DNA of 39,896 bases from an uncultured archaeon (GTDB lineage: Archaea; Nanobdellota; Nanobdellia; Woesearchaeales; CAIVOO01): NCBI GenBank assembly GCA_903842985.1, contig CAIMOB010000041.1, positions 1 to 39,896 on the forward strand. The letters are read 5' to 3'. The translations under genes and the position numbers were made by a program. The notes below the pieces were generated by a model that saw only the letters and a list, made by a program, of their open reading frames with translations, did not search any database and was not told where the DNA came from. Of the stretch, positions 28,184 through 37,596 are shown in pieces. Every line of letters starts with the position of its first letter. Position 1 is the stretch's first letter.

Positions 28184-29379
28184 GCTGATGGATATTTTTT
28201 ATTGCTTTGTATCATTAATATTACTGCTGCAATTAATGCAAGTATTGCGCCGTACATAAAAGACCAGCTGTAGGAGAATGCTGTCCATAATACACCTGCA
28301 ATTGCGCTTGACACCAAATCGCCTATGCCATCCACAGTTGTCAATAAACCGAAACCTGTTCCCCTGATATCTTTTGCCAGAAGGTCTGCTGCATAAGCTC
28401 TTTCCATTACATCAATAAGCCCTGTCTCCACGCCTGCGAGCAGGAATAGAACAATAAAACTTGGTATGGCTGTTGGAAGCGCAACAAACCCTACGCAGTA
28501 TAATACAAATATTAAATATCCTGCTCCCACAAGGAATCTTTTGCTCATCTTATCTCCCAAAACTCCAGATACAAATGCAAATATTGCAGCACCCACATTC
28601 AGGAGAGCGTATAATCCTGCTGCAATGCTGCCTGCAGCCAATACTCCCATTGATGGTCTCAGCGCTTCCATGACTCTTAAAATGAGGAATGTGTTTGCAA
28701 AGTTTGCTATGCCAAAAATAGCAGTTGCAAAAAGGAATCTCTTGAAATCAGAGGGCATGTTCTTGATGGTGCCCCAAAATTCCATCTTGGTAATTTTTTT
28801 CTTGTACTTTTCCCTCACCATTAATACAGAAATGACTGCAAGTATTCCAGGTATCAGCGCAAGGAAGAATATGTTTCTTACGCCAAGCACAGGCAGCAGA
28901 AAGAACGCAAGTGCTGGGCCAATGATTGCTCCAAACGTGTCCATCATCCTCTCAAAGCCAAATGATTTGCTTCTTGTTTCCTTATCCACAGAATCTGACA
29001 GTAAAGCATCTCTTGCAGGACTTCTCATACCCATTCCAAGCCAGCCCAATGTTTTTGCTATTAATACATGAATCCAATGAGTAGCGAAGCCGAGTAGTGG
29101 GATGAAAAATCCAGTCATCACATAGCCAAGTATGATAAATGGTTTTCTTTTCCCGACTTTGTCGCTGTACCAGCCGGCAAATGTCTTAAAAAAGCTTGAA
29201 GAAAAATCAGATACTCCCTCTATAATCCCCAGTATTGCAGCTGCGCTGTGCAATTCAACTGATAAGAATATGGGCAGTATTGCCGTAGCCATCTCATGGC
29301 TCATGTCGCTGAATAAGCTGGCAAGTCCGAATAAGAATATGTTTCTATTCAGCCATCCTTTCTTCTTTTTATGAGACAT
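28180..29379 (-). CDS. MFS transporter
   Basis: About 12 TM helices, GWYSDKVGKRK motif A, PARDALL, MDTFGA. Confidence 0.9.
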   Translation of the reverse strand: MSHKKKKGWLNRNIFLFGLASLFSDMSHEMATAILPIFLSVELHSAAAILGIIEGVSDFSSSFFKTFAGWYSDKVGKRKPFIILGYVMTGFFIPLLGFATHWIHVLIAKTLGWLGMGMRSPARDALLSDSVDKETRSKSFGFERMMDTFGAIIGPALAFFLLPVLGVRNIFFLALIPGILAVISVLMVREKYKKKITKMEFWGTIKNMPSDFKRFLFATAIFGIANFANTFLILRVMEALRPSMGVLAAGSIAAGLYALLNVGAAIFAFVSGVLGDKMSKRFLVGAGYLIFVLYCVGFVALPTAIPSFIVLFLLAGVETGLIDVMERAYAADLLAKDIRGTGFGLLTTVDGIGDLVSSAIAGVLWTAFSYSWSFMYGAILALIAAVILMIQSNKKYPSA

Positions 29380-29420
29380 CTTTAATCACTTTGCTTAATC
29401 CAATTTATATATTTTACTTT

Positions 29421-31967
29421 TCAGATATCATATTTCTTGAAAAAGAAATATTTCCCGACTTCCACAAGCACCAGGTATGTTATGACCATCAGCATCAGGA
29501 TGATGAAGTAAAGCAAAGGGGGCTGGGTAAAACCAAACAATTTTCCAAGAAAGGTAAATGGTATCAGGATTGCTGCCAATGTAACCAGAAGCGTGCTTAT
29601 CAGTAATCCCTTGCTTGGCCTGCTCCTGAAGAAAGGAATTCTTTTTGTCCTTATTATCAGGACAACAAGCGCCTGGGTTATCAGCGATTCGATGAACCAG
29701 CCTGTCTGGAACAGTGAAATTGAGGCATTGAAGACAAAAATCATGACAAGATATGTGAGGAAGTCGTAGATAGAGCTTATGGGCCCGAAGAAAAGCATGT
29801 ATTTTTTTATGTAATTTATGTTGAACTTCTTCGGCTTCTTCACATACTCCTCATCAACATTATCTGTGGGGATTGTCATTTCTGAAAAATCATAAACTAA
29901 GTTTGTAAGAAGAATCTGAACAGGAAGCATGGGCAGGAACGGCAGGAATATTGATGCAGCTGCTGCGCTGAACATGTTCCCGAAATTCGAGCTTGTGCCC
30001 GTCATTATGTATTTTATTGTGTTGCCAAATATCTTTCTGCCATGCGTAACGCTCTCTGCAAGGACATTCAGGCTTTTCTTCAGGAGAATTATGTCAGATG
30101 CATCTTTCGCAACATCAACCGCGTCATTAACAGAGATTGCGACATCTGCCTCGTGCAGCGCAGGCACGTCATTGACACCGTCTCCCATGAAGCCGACATC
30201 GTGGCCGTTCTGCTTCAGCGCCCTTATTATCCTCTGCTTCTGCATTGGCGTGAGCCTGCAGAACAGGTTTGCCTCCTCAACAGCTTTTTTCAGTTTTTCA
30301 TCGTCCATTCGGTCTATCTCATTCCCAAGAACAACATTGCGCATCGGTATCCCTATCTCCTCGGTAATTTTCTGCGTAATTAATTCATTGTCGCCAGTGA
30401 GTATCTTAAACTTTATGTTAAGTGCCGCCAGTTTTTCAATCGCGCTCCTGACTGTTTTTTTCGGCGGATCAAGGAATGTCACAAACCCGAGAAGCGTCAG
30501 GCCGCTCTCATCCTTCAGCTCATAATCTTTCTTAAGCTCAACTTCCTTGTAAGCCACAGCAACAACCCTCAGCCCCTGGTTTGCAAATCCTGCAAGCCTT
30601 TTTTCAAGCTTCTTCAGATGGCTTGATATTGAAACGGTTTTTCCGCCAATGTGGACCTTTGTACAGCTCTTCAAAGTTGAGTGGGGCGCGCCTTTTGTTA
30701 TAAAAAGTATTTTCCTCCCATTTCTGACAACAACAGACATTCTCTTCCTGTCATAGTCAAATGGAAGTTCGTCTATTTTGGTATAGAGCTTTGACTTCTC
30801 CTTAATATCTGCCTTTGCGTGCTGCCAGAGCGAAATGTCTATGGGGTTTCCGAAATATTTTTTCCCATGGGCAACGGCTGAGTTGCAAACAAGGCTGTAG
30901 AGCATAACCTTTTCATTTGACTTGTCATCGGCATCGGGGTGGCTGTAAAGCGAAATTGTTCCTTCTGTCAGCGTCCCTGTCTTGTCTGTGCAGAGCACAT
31001 CCATATTGCCGAAATCCTCAATTGAAATCAGCCTTTTGACAACAACGTCATGCTTTGCCATTGCGTGAGCGCCCTTTGAGAGCCCGACACTTATTATCAT
31101 CGGCAGAAGCTCAGGAGTAAGCCCGATTGCAATTGCAAGCGCAAACAGCAGCGAATTAAGAACTTCGTGCTTCATGAGTGTGTTTATGAAAAAAATACTG
31201 ATAACCAGCACCAGGATTGTCTTCAGGAGCATCCCCCCGAATTTGTCTATGCCTTTCTGGAATTCTGTTTCCGGCTTTTCGTTCACAGCTTCCTTTGCTA
31301 TCTTGCCAAACTCAGTATTTTCGCCTGTTTTTACAACAACGCCAAGGCATTCGCCTTCAACAACAGTTGTGCCTGCAAACGCATAGTTCTTGAGCTCGCG
31401 CAGAATAAAGCTGCTGAGCTTCAGCGCAGCAGAGTTTTTTCTGACAGGCATTGACTCGCCTGTAAGCACTGCCTCGTTTATTTCAAGATTTTTTGCCTGT
31501 ATTATCCTCAAATCAGCAGGAACTACGCTTCCTATGTTAAGGTAAACAACGTCGCCAGGCACAATATTCTTCACATCAACTTCTATCTTCTCGTCATTCC
31601 TAATCACTGTTGTCCTGTAAGCTATCTTTTTGTTCAGCTCCTCAACAATTTTTTCTGACTTGAATTCATTGTAGAATGAAAGCAGCGATGCAAGAAGCAC
31701 AATTGACAGTATTATTATTGTATCTGTAATCTGGCCGAAAAATGCTGAAATGATGCTGACAGCAATAAGAATCCACATCAGCGGGCTCTTGAACTGCCTC
31801 AGAAAAATAAGCAGCGGAACAAACCTTTTCTTTTTCAGTGCATTATAGCCATATTTTTCCAGCCTTGACCTTGCTTCCTGCTCTGTCAGGCCGTTTTCAG
31901 AGCTTCCAAGAACGCTTAGGACATCAGCTTCCCTTTTAGACCAATAGTCTGCTGCCTCTTTTACCAT
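29421..31967 (-). CDS. mgtA: Mg2+-translocating P-type ATPase
   Basis: TGES, LTPELLP, DKTGTLT, GDGVND, SSNFGNMFS, FQTGWFIES. Confidence 0.92.
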   Translation of the reverse strand: MVKEAADYWSKREADVLSVLGSSENGLTEQEARSRLEKYGYNALKKKRFVPLLIFLRQFKSPLMWILIAVSIISAFFGQITDTIIILSIVLLASLLSFYNEFKSEKIVEELNKKIAYRTTVIRNDEKIEVDVKNIVPGDVVYLNIGSVVPADLRIIQAKNLEINEAVLTGESMPVRKNSAALKLSSFILRELKNYAFAGTTVVEGECLGVVVKTGENTEFGKIAKEAVNEKPETEFQKGIDKFGGMLLKTILVLVISIFFINTLMKHEVLNSLLFALAIAIGLTPELLPMIISVGLSKGAHAMAKHDVVVKRLISIEDFGNMDVLCTDKTGTLTEGTISLYSHPDADDKSNEKVMLYSLVCNSAVAHGKKYFGNPIDISLWQHAKADIKEKSKLYTKIDELPFDYDRKRMSVVVRNGRKILFITKGAPHSTLKSCTKVHIGGKTVSISSHLKKLEKRLAGFANQGLRVVAVAYKEVELKKDYELKDESGLTLLGFVTFLDPPKKTVRSAIEKLAALNIKFKILTGDNELITQKITEEIGIPMRNVVLGNEIDRMDDEKLKKAVEEANLFCRLTPMQKQRIIRALKQNGHDVGFMGDGVNDVPALHEADVAISVNDAVDVAKDASDIILLKKSLNVLAESVTHGRKIFGNTIKYIMTGTSSNFGNMFSAAAASIFLPFLPMLPVQILLTNLVYDFSEMTIPTDNVDEEYVKKPKKFNINYIKKYMLFFGPISSIYDFLTYLVMIFVFNASISLFQTGWFIESLITQALVVLIIRTKRIPFFRSRPSKGLLISTLLVTLAAILIPFTFLGKLFGFTQPPLLYFIILMLMVITYLVLVEVGKYFFFKKYDI

Positions 31968-31994
31968 ATTTCACTTAAAAAGTGGCTTCTATTT

Positions 31995-32840
31995 TTAAAT
32001 TTTCAGCTGGTTAAGCCTTTTTATCCTTTCTTCAACAGGCGGATGCGTGCTTAAGAGGTTGAAAATGCCATTTGCAGAGAATGGGTTTACAATAAACAAT
32101 GATGAAGTTGCCTGGCTGCCGAATCTCATTGGCTTTGCCTTGACACCTTCATTAAGCTTTGCCAAAGCACTTGCCAATGCCTTTGGATTCTTGACTAATC
32201 TTGCGCCGGACTCATCTGCCATATACTCCCTTGCCCTTGAAATTGCCAACTGCAAAATCATTGCAAGCAGAGGAGTTATTATTGCCAATGCCAGTAAGCC
32301 GAACACCTGACTGCCGCTTCTATCCCTGTCTCCACCGCCAAAGATTGCAGCCCATTTGAACATCATGGCAAGATATGAGATGACGCCAGCGATTGTTGCT
32401 GCGACTGTCTGTATTAATATGTCTCTGTTTTTTATGTGTGAGAGTTCGTGAGCCAAAACACCTTTTAATTCTTCCTTGTTCAGCAGACTGACAATTCCTG
32501 CTGTGACTGCAACAGCTGCATGCTTTGGGTTCCTGCCTGTTGCAAATGCATTTGGTGTGTTTGTAGGAACCACATACAATTTTGGCATTGGTATTCCTGC
32601 TTCCTTTCGCACTTCATCAACAATCTGGAAAATTTCAGGTGCCTCTGATTTCTTTAGCAGCTTTGCCCTGTACATCAGCAGAACCATTTTGTCTGAGAAG
32701 AAATATGAAAAGAAGTTCATTGCAACGACAATCACCAGCGCTATTGTCAGGCCTTGTGCTCCGCCAATCAGCTGGCCCACCACAAGCATAATTCCTGTGA
32801 GTATGCCGAGCAAAAGAATTGTTTTTATCTGGTTAAGCAT
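31995..32840 (-). CDS. htpX: Zinc metalloprotease HtpX
   Basis: PNAFATGRNP, HELSH, SRAREYMAD, STHPP. Confidence 0.95.
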   Translation of the reverse strand: MLNQIKTILLLGILTGIMLVVGQLIGGAQGLTIALVIVVAMNFFSYFFSDKMVLLMYRAKLLKKSEAPEIFQIVDEVRKEAGIPMPKLYVVPTNTPNAFATGRNPKHAAVAVTAGIVSLLNKEELKGVLAHELSHIKNRDILIQTVAATIAGVISYLAMMFKWAAIFGGGDRDRSGSQVFGLLALAIITPLLAMILQLAISRAREYMADESGARLVKNPKALASALAKLNEGVKAKPMRFGSQATSSLFIVNPFSANGIFNLLSTHPPVEERIKRLNQLKI

Positions 32841-33178
32841 CTTGCTTTATTGTTATTGCCCCTATTTAAATATTTCGGCAAGCCCTCCATCTGCCTTAGT
32901 TCTGTGTTCTTGAAGAGATAATCCCTGAATGTGTTGTCTACTTTTATTCCGTTCCTGCTCAATTCATCCAGTAACTTTTTGTAAAGCTTCTTTCCTTCCT
33001 TGTCCAAGTCAGTAAGAATAATCACTTCCTTTGCTTTGATGCCTTCAACAACCTTGTAGATTGGCCTGCTGTTGAGGGCAATTATCTTTCTGAAGCCAAG
33101 CGATTCCAAGGCTTTCTTGTCTTTGATGCCTTCGACTATGGCTGGCTTGCCCTTGATTTTGCCTATTAGCTCCTCCAT
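32825..33178 (-). CDS. Stand-alone TOPRIM domain protein
   Basis: IVEGIKD and ILTDLDKEG motifs. Confidence 0.85.
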   Translation of the reverse strand: MEELIGKIKGKPAIVEGIKDKKALESLGFRKIIALNSRPIYKVVEGIKAKEVIILTDLDKEGKKLYKKLLDELSRNGIKVDNTFRDYLFKNTELRQMEGLPKYLNRGNNNKARCLTR

Positions 33179-33232
33179 AACCTATGTTTAGAAATGAAAA
33201 TATTTATATTTGTTGTTGAATATCAGACAATT

Positions 33233-34531
33233 ATGGGGGTTTTGGAGTATTACAAAAGAGAGGATATCCAGGAAGCTATTCTTGAGTGCGCCAAGGACAG
33301 GGAGATAGCTGTCAAGTTCGGCGAAAGCGGATTCGGAAAAAGGCCTGAATCACTGCAGTACAAGAAGGATGTTGCTGAGTTTGCAAAAGAAGGCGCTACC
33401 TCTTTTCACTGCTCTGAAGAGTTATGGCATAATCCCCTGCAGCTTTCAACTGAGATGACCAAGCATGAGCTTGAGAAATTAAGAAGGGGCTGGGATTTAA
33501 TTTTGGATATCGACTGCCCGTTCCTTGAATATTCGCAGATTGCAGGCGATTTGCTTGTCAAGGCGCTGAAGGCTAAGGGAGTCAATGCAATTTCTGCAAA
33601 ATTCTCAGGCAACCATGGCTTTCACATCGGAGTGCCGTTTGAGGCGTTCCCGAAAGAGATAAAACTGACAAAGACAATTGATACTAAAAGTTATTTCCCA
33701 GACGGCGTCAGGGTCATAGCTTCTTATCTGCAGGGCATGATTAAGAAGCCATTGTCAGACGCAATTCTCAGGAAAGAGGACATTGACAAGGTAATGGAGA
33801 AGACAGGAAAGGATTTTTCAGAGCTTGTTGTGAATAATTTCTTCGACCCTTTCAAGGTTCTTGCAATTGATTCTGTGCTGATTTCCTCAAGGCACATGTT
33901 CAGGATGCCCTATTCTGTGAATGAAAAATCTGGATTGGCAAGCGTTGTGATAAATCCGCAGGAGATACTTGATTTTAAGAAAGAAACTGCGAAGCTTGAG
34001 AATGTAAAGGTTTCAAAGCTGAAGTTCATTGACAGGAATGTCTCAGAGGAGGCGAAGAATATTTTTGATGATGCAATCGGCTGGAGCCAGGGCTTGAAGG
34101 AGAAGGAGGAATTGAAGGAGAGGTTCAAGGGCACTGCAAAAAGAAAAATCAATTTTGACGAGGTCCAGCAGGCGCTGCCTGAGGAATTGTTTCCGCCGTG
34201 CATCAAGATGATATTAAATGGGGTTGAAGACGGCAAGAAAAGAAGCCTGTTTGTGCTTGTCAACTTTTTGACATCAGTCGGCTGGGACTATGACAAGATT
34301 CTGGAGTTATTGAAGAAATGGAACGCCCGCAACAAGGAACCGATGAGAGAGGCGCTGCTGACTGGGCAGGTTAGCTATCACAAGCAGAGAAAGCAGGTGA
34401 TTCCTCCGCCTAACTGCAGGAGCTACTACGAGGACTTCGGCATCTGCAAGCCAGACTCCTTGTGCGAGAAGATAAAGAACCCTGTGAGCTATGCGAAGAG
34501 AAGAGGGTGGGGAGTTAATAGTAATAAATAA
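33233..34531 (+). CDS. Fused DNA primase (PriS catalytic domain plus PriL Fe-S domain)
   Basis: WDLILDID, SGNHGFH, RMPYS, then FPPC...PPNC...C...C; ATG at 33233. Confidence 0.9.
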   Translation: MGVLEYYKREDIQEAILECAKDREIAVKFGESGFGKRPESLQYKKDVAEFAKEGATSFHCSEELWHNPLQLSTEMTKHELEKLRRGWDLILDIDCPFLEYSQIAGDLLVKALKAKGVNAISAKFSGNHGFHIGVPFEAFPKEIKLTKTIDTKSYFPDGVRVIASYLQGMIKKPLSDAILRKEDIDKVMEKTGKDFSELVVNNFFDPFKVLAIDSVLISSRHMFRMPYSVNEKSGLASVVINPQEILDFKKETAKLENVKVSKLKFIDRNVSEEAKNIFDDAIGWSQGLKEKEELKERFKGTAKRKINFDEVQQALPEELFPPCIKMILNGVEDGKKRSLFVLVNFLTSVGWDYDKILELLKKWNARNKEPMREALLTGQVSYHKQRKQVIPPPNCRSYYEDFGICKPDSLCEKIKNPVSYAKRRGWGVNSNK

Positions 34532-34590
34532 TTTTCTATTAATGGTGCTGAGATGGATATATTTAAATAGTTAAAAAATATAATATTAAT

Positions 34591-34719
34591 ATGCCAAGCT
34601 TTTTAACGAGAAGAAGGAGAACCAAGACCAAGCGACCTGTAAGTTTCGGCACTTCTGGGGGCAGAGTTAGTTTCAAAGCAAGAAGAACGCCGAAAAGAAG
34701 AACAAGAGTTAGCTGGTAA
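34591..34719 (+). CDS. Unannotated 42-aa Arg-rich small protein
   Basis: MPSFLTRRRRTKTKRPVSFGTSGGRVSFKARRTPKRRTRVSW; TTTAAATA box about 25 nt upstream (leaderless). Confidence 0.65.
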   Translation: MPSFLTRRRRTKTKRPVSFGTSGGRVSFKARRTPKRRTRVSW

Positions 34720-34727
34720 TTTATTAA

Positions 34728-34892
34728 TTACATATTCATGAAGTTTCTAATAGCCAATCCTGCAACAAAAATAATTACTCCAAGATAAGCTATTGGCATC
34801 CAATACAATCCGCCGATTACTATTAAAACAACACCTGCAACCATAAGAATACCTGAAAGATTTGTGTTTGATTGTGCTTTTTTATTCATCAT
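34728..34892 (-). CDS. Unannotated 54-aa two-TM membrane protein with class III signal-like N-terminus
   Basis: MMNKKAQSNTNLSGILMVAGVVLIVIGGLYWMPIAYLGVIIFVAGLAIRNFMNM; ATGA overlap with the HNH gene stop. Confidence 0.65.
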   Translation of the reverse strand: MMNKKAQSNTNLSGILMVAGVVLIVIGGLYWMPIAYLGVIIFVAGLAIRNFMNM

Positions 34893-35323
34893 AACTTCCA
34901 AGGATCAAATTTCTCTCTTTTACCTGTTAACGGATTTATGTATGTTTGGCCTTGTGATCTATTTCTTTTTCGTTTACTTTTCTTCTTGCCAATTTCGCGT
35001 CCAATTTCTCTTTTAACTTGTCCTCTTGTCTTTGTTCCTTGTGATATATTACAAGAATGATGGGCTACAAAGCAATTTTTAACGGTGTATCCTCCGCCAC
35101 TTTTACCTGCTCTATTTCTTGCTAAATCCCAGTCTTCACCTGCACGTATTTTAATTCCACATAAGCGACAAGTGCCTTTGTCTCTCTTCCATACAATTCG
35201 TCTAATGATTGCTTTTGAAACTCTCTTTCCTTCTTTTTGATATCCTAAACCCAAATCAGCCATTTTTAAGGGTTTAACTTTAATTGGTTTAACGCCTCCT
35301 AAATCAAATGTATTTCTTGACAT
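34889..35323 (-). CDS. HNH-endonuclease-like protein (degenerate active site)
   Basis: VWKRDKGTCRLCG...GG...N....HHSCN; the expected DH position reads AR. Confidence 0.7.
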   Translation of the reverse strand: MSRNTFDLGGVKPIKVKPLKMADLGLGYQKEGKRVSKAIIRRIVWKRDKGTCRLCGIKIRAGEDWDLARNRAGKSGGGYTVKNCFVAHHSCNISQGTKTRGQVKREIGREIGKKKSKRKRNRSQGQTYINPLTGKREKFDPWKL

Positions 35324-35389
35324 AAATCATTTAAAAGAAGAATATTCTATATAAATATTTCCCAAAACTCTGTCTCAACCGCCATAATC

Positions 35390-35397
35390 TTTATAAA
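35390..35397 (+). promoter_or_regulatory. TATA box of the rpl3 operon
   Basis: TTTATAAA about 200 nt upstream of the rpl3 ATG. Confidence 0.5.
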
Positions 35398-35417
35398 CCC
35401 CCTCTCAATCTCAAGTA

Positions 35418-35563
35418 ATGTTCGGAATGGGTGTTTAAATATCTATTAAACGTTTAAACACATCTTAAACAACTAAACGAGCCTGAAAAGGGTCTTTCAG
35501 TACAAGTTTAGAATTATAAACTTAGTTCTGGAAGAAAGACTTGCAAATAGGCTCTTTTAACAT
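35418..35563 (+). ncRNA. Candidate structured ribosomal-protein operon leader
   Basis: Stems GTGTTTAAAT/GTTTAAACAC, GAGCCTG/TAGGCTC, GGGTCTTTC/GAAAGACTT, AAGTTTA/TAAACTT, closed by ATGTT/AACAT. Confidence 0.5.
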
Positions 35564-35596
35564 AAAAGAAGGCAATTACAGGCAGGATTATCTAAA

Positions 35597-36547
35597 ATGG
35601 GAAGAATAAGAAATCCAAGGAGAGGAACTATCCAGTTCTGGCCTAGAAAAAGGTCCGATAGAATATATGCAAGAGTTAGATACTGGGCTGAGTCAAAGGA
35701 TGTAAAACCCCTGGGATTCGCAGGCTACAAAACAGGAATGACTCATATAATGCTTGTTGACAACAGGAAAAACAGCCCGACAAAAGGGGAAGTCATAAGC
35801 CAGGCAGTAACAATTGTTGAGTGCCCTCCAATAAAAGTGGCTGGCATAAGAGCATACTCGGGCAACAAGGTTCTTACGGATGTTCTCGCACAAAATCTTG
35901 ACAAGGAAGCAGGAAGAAAACTGAAGCTTCCAAAAAAGAAAAAAGAATCAGAGCTTGATAAGATTGAAAAGGCAACAGATGTGAGGCTGATTGTGCAGAC
36001 ACAGCCGAAGCTAACGACAATCGGAAAAAAGAAGCCGGAGATTTTCGAGATTGCATTGGGCGGAAGCATAGCTGACAAAATAAAGTTTGCAAAGGATGTT
36101 CTTGGAAAAGAAATTAGCATAAAAGACGTCTTCAAGGAAGGAAATCATGTTGACATTCATGCAATCACAAAGGGCAAGGGATTCCAGGGCCCTGTCAAGA
36201 GATTTGGAGTTATGCTGAGGCAGCACAAGGCTGAAAAAACAAAAAGAGGCCCTGCATCACTGGGTCCTTGGCACCCGCATCATGGTAATTATTCTGTACC
36301 TCATGCAGGGCAGATGGGCTATCACCAGAGGCTTGAGGCTAACAAATGGATAATGAAAATAGCAGAGCCGAATGAAGTGAATGGCAAGGCAGGATTCGGA
36401 AGATACGGCGTTGTGAAAAATTCCGCGCTGCTCCTCAAGGGAAGCATCGCAGGCCCTGCAAAAAGAATCATAAGGATGACACAGCCAATAAGGCCAAACA
36501 AAAAAATACCAGAGGATGCACCGTCAATACAATTCATAGCAAAATGA
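35597..36547 (+). CDS. rpl3: 50S ribosomal protein uL3
   Basis: PRRG..QFWPRKR, AGYKTGMTH, TKGKGFQGPVKRFG, AGQMGYHQR. Confidence 0.96.
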   Translation: MGRIRNPRRGTIQFWPRKRSDRIYARVRYWAESKDVKPLGFAGYKTGMTHIMLVDNRKNSPTKGEVISQAVTIVECPPIKVAGIRAYSGNKVLTDVLAQNLDKEAGRKLKLPKKKKESELDKIEKATDVRLIVQTQPKLTTIGKKKPEIFEIALGGSIADKIKFAKDVLGKEISIKDVFKEGNHVDIHAITKGKGFQGPVKRFGVMLRQHKAEKTKRGPASLGPWHPHHGNYSVPHAGQMGYHQRLEANKWIMKIAEPNEVNGKAGFGRYGVVKNSALLLKGSIAGPAKRIIRMTQPIRPNKKIPEDAPSIQFIAK

Positions 36548-37347
36548 AACTGAAAATACTAAGCCTGGCAAAGACAGAGAAAGGTTCGAAGGAGTTGCCT
36601 AGGCAGTTCAACGAGGAAATAAGGCCTGACTTAATTTACAGGGCTGTCATCGCCATACTCGCCGGAAGAAGGCAGAGATACGGCGCAGACCCAAGGGCCG
36701 GAAAAAAATATTCAAGCGAGGTTTACAAGAGAAGAAGGGGCTTCAAGGGAAGCTACGGCATTGGAATCTCAAGAGTTCCCAGGAAGGTAATGAGCAAGCA
36801 GGGCTCGCATTTCAACTGGACAGGCGCATTCGCACCGGGAACAGTCGGAGGAAGGAGGTCTCACCCGCCAAAGGCAGAAAAAATCTGGGAAGTGAAGATT
36901 AACGACAAGGAAAGAAAGAAGGCAATAAGGAGCGCGCTGGCTGCAACTGTCGAGAAAAAGGCCGTTGAGCAGAGAGGGCATAATGTTCCGCCAATTTATC
37001 CATTCATAATCGAATCAAAAATTGAAGCGACTGAAAAGACAAATGAATTAAAATTAATCCTGGAGAAATTCGGGATGAAGGAAGAGCTTGAAAGAATCTC
37101 AAAAAGAAAGGTTAGAGCGGGAAGAGGCAAGTCAAGGGGAAGAAAGTACAAGAAATCGAGGGGAATTTTGCTTGTTGTCTCGGGCGACTGCAAGCTCTTG
37201 AGATTAAAAAATATTCCGGGAGTTGACGTTGCTGAGGTCAAGAAAATAGACACTGAAATGCTTGCGCCGGGAACAGCTCTGGGAAGACTGACAATATTCA
37301 CAGATAAGGCAATTGAAATAATGGAAAAGGAGAAGCTGTTTTTATGA
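36544..37347 (+). CDS. rpl4: 50S ribosomal protein uL4
   Basis: RPDLI, YGADPRAG, PGTVGGRRSHPP, LAPG. Confidence 0.96.
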   Translation: MKLKILSLAKTEKGSKELPRQFNEEIRPDLIYRAVIAILAGRRQRYGADPRAGKKYSSEVYKRRRGFKGSYGIGISRVPRKVMSKQGSHFNWTGAFAPGTVGGRRSHPPKAEKIWEVKINDKERKKAIRSALAATVEKKAVEQRGHNVPPIYPFIIESKIEATEKTNELKLILEKFGMKEELERISKRKVRAGRGKSRGRKYKKSRGILLVVSGDCKLLRLKNIPGVDVAEVKKIDTEMLAPGTALGRLTIFTDKAIEIMEKEKLFL

Positions 37348-37595
37348 AAATCGTAAAATATCCGCTGTCAACTGAAAAATCAATAAGGATGATGGAGTCA
37401 GAGAACAAGCTGACTTTTATTGTTGACAAGAAGGCGACAAAAGCGGAGATAAAGAAGGAGATTGAGGAGACATTCAAGGTCAGGGTTGAAAAGGTCAACA
37501 CTACAATAACACATCAAGGAATTAAAAAGGCATTTGTAAGGCTGAGCATGGACACGCCTGCAATTGACATTGCCACTCAATTAGGTCTGATATAA
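37344..37595 (+). CDS. rpl23: 50S ribosomal protein uL23
   Basis: PLSTEK, NKLTFIVD, KVNT, KKAFVRL. Confidence 0.96.
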   Translation: MKIVKYPLSTEKSIRMMESENKLTFIVDKKATKAEIKKEIEETFKVRVEKVNTTITHQGIKKAFVRLSMDTPAIDIATQLGLI

Positions 37596-37596
37596 A

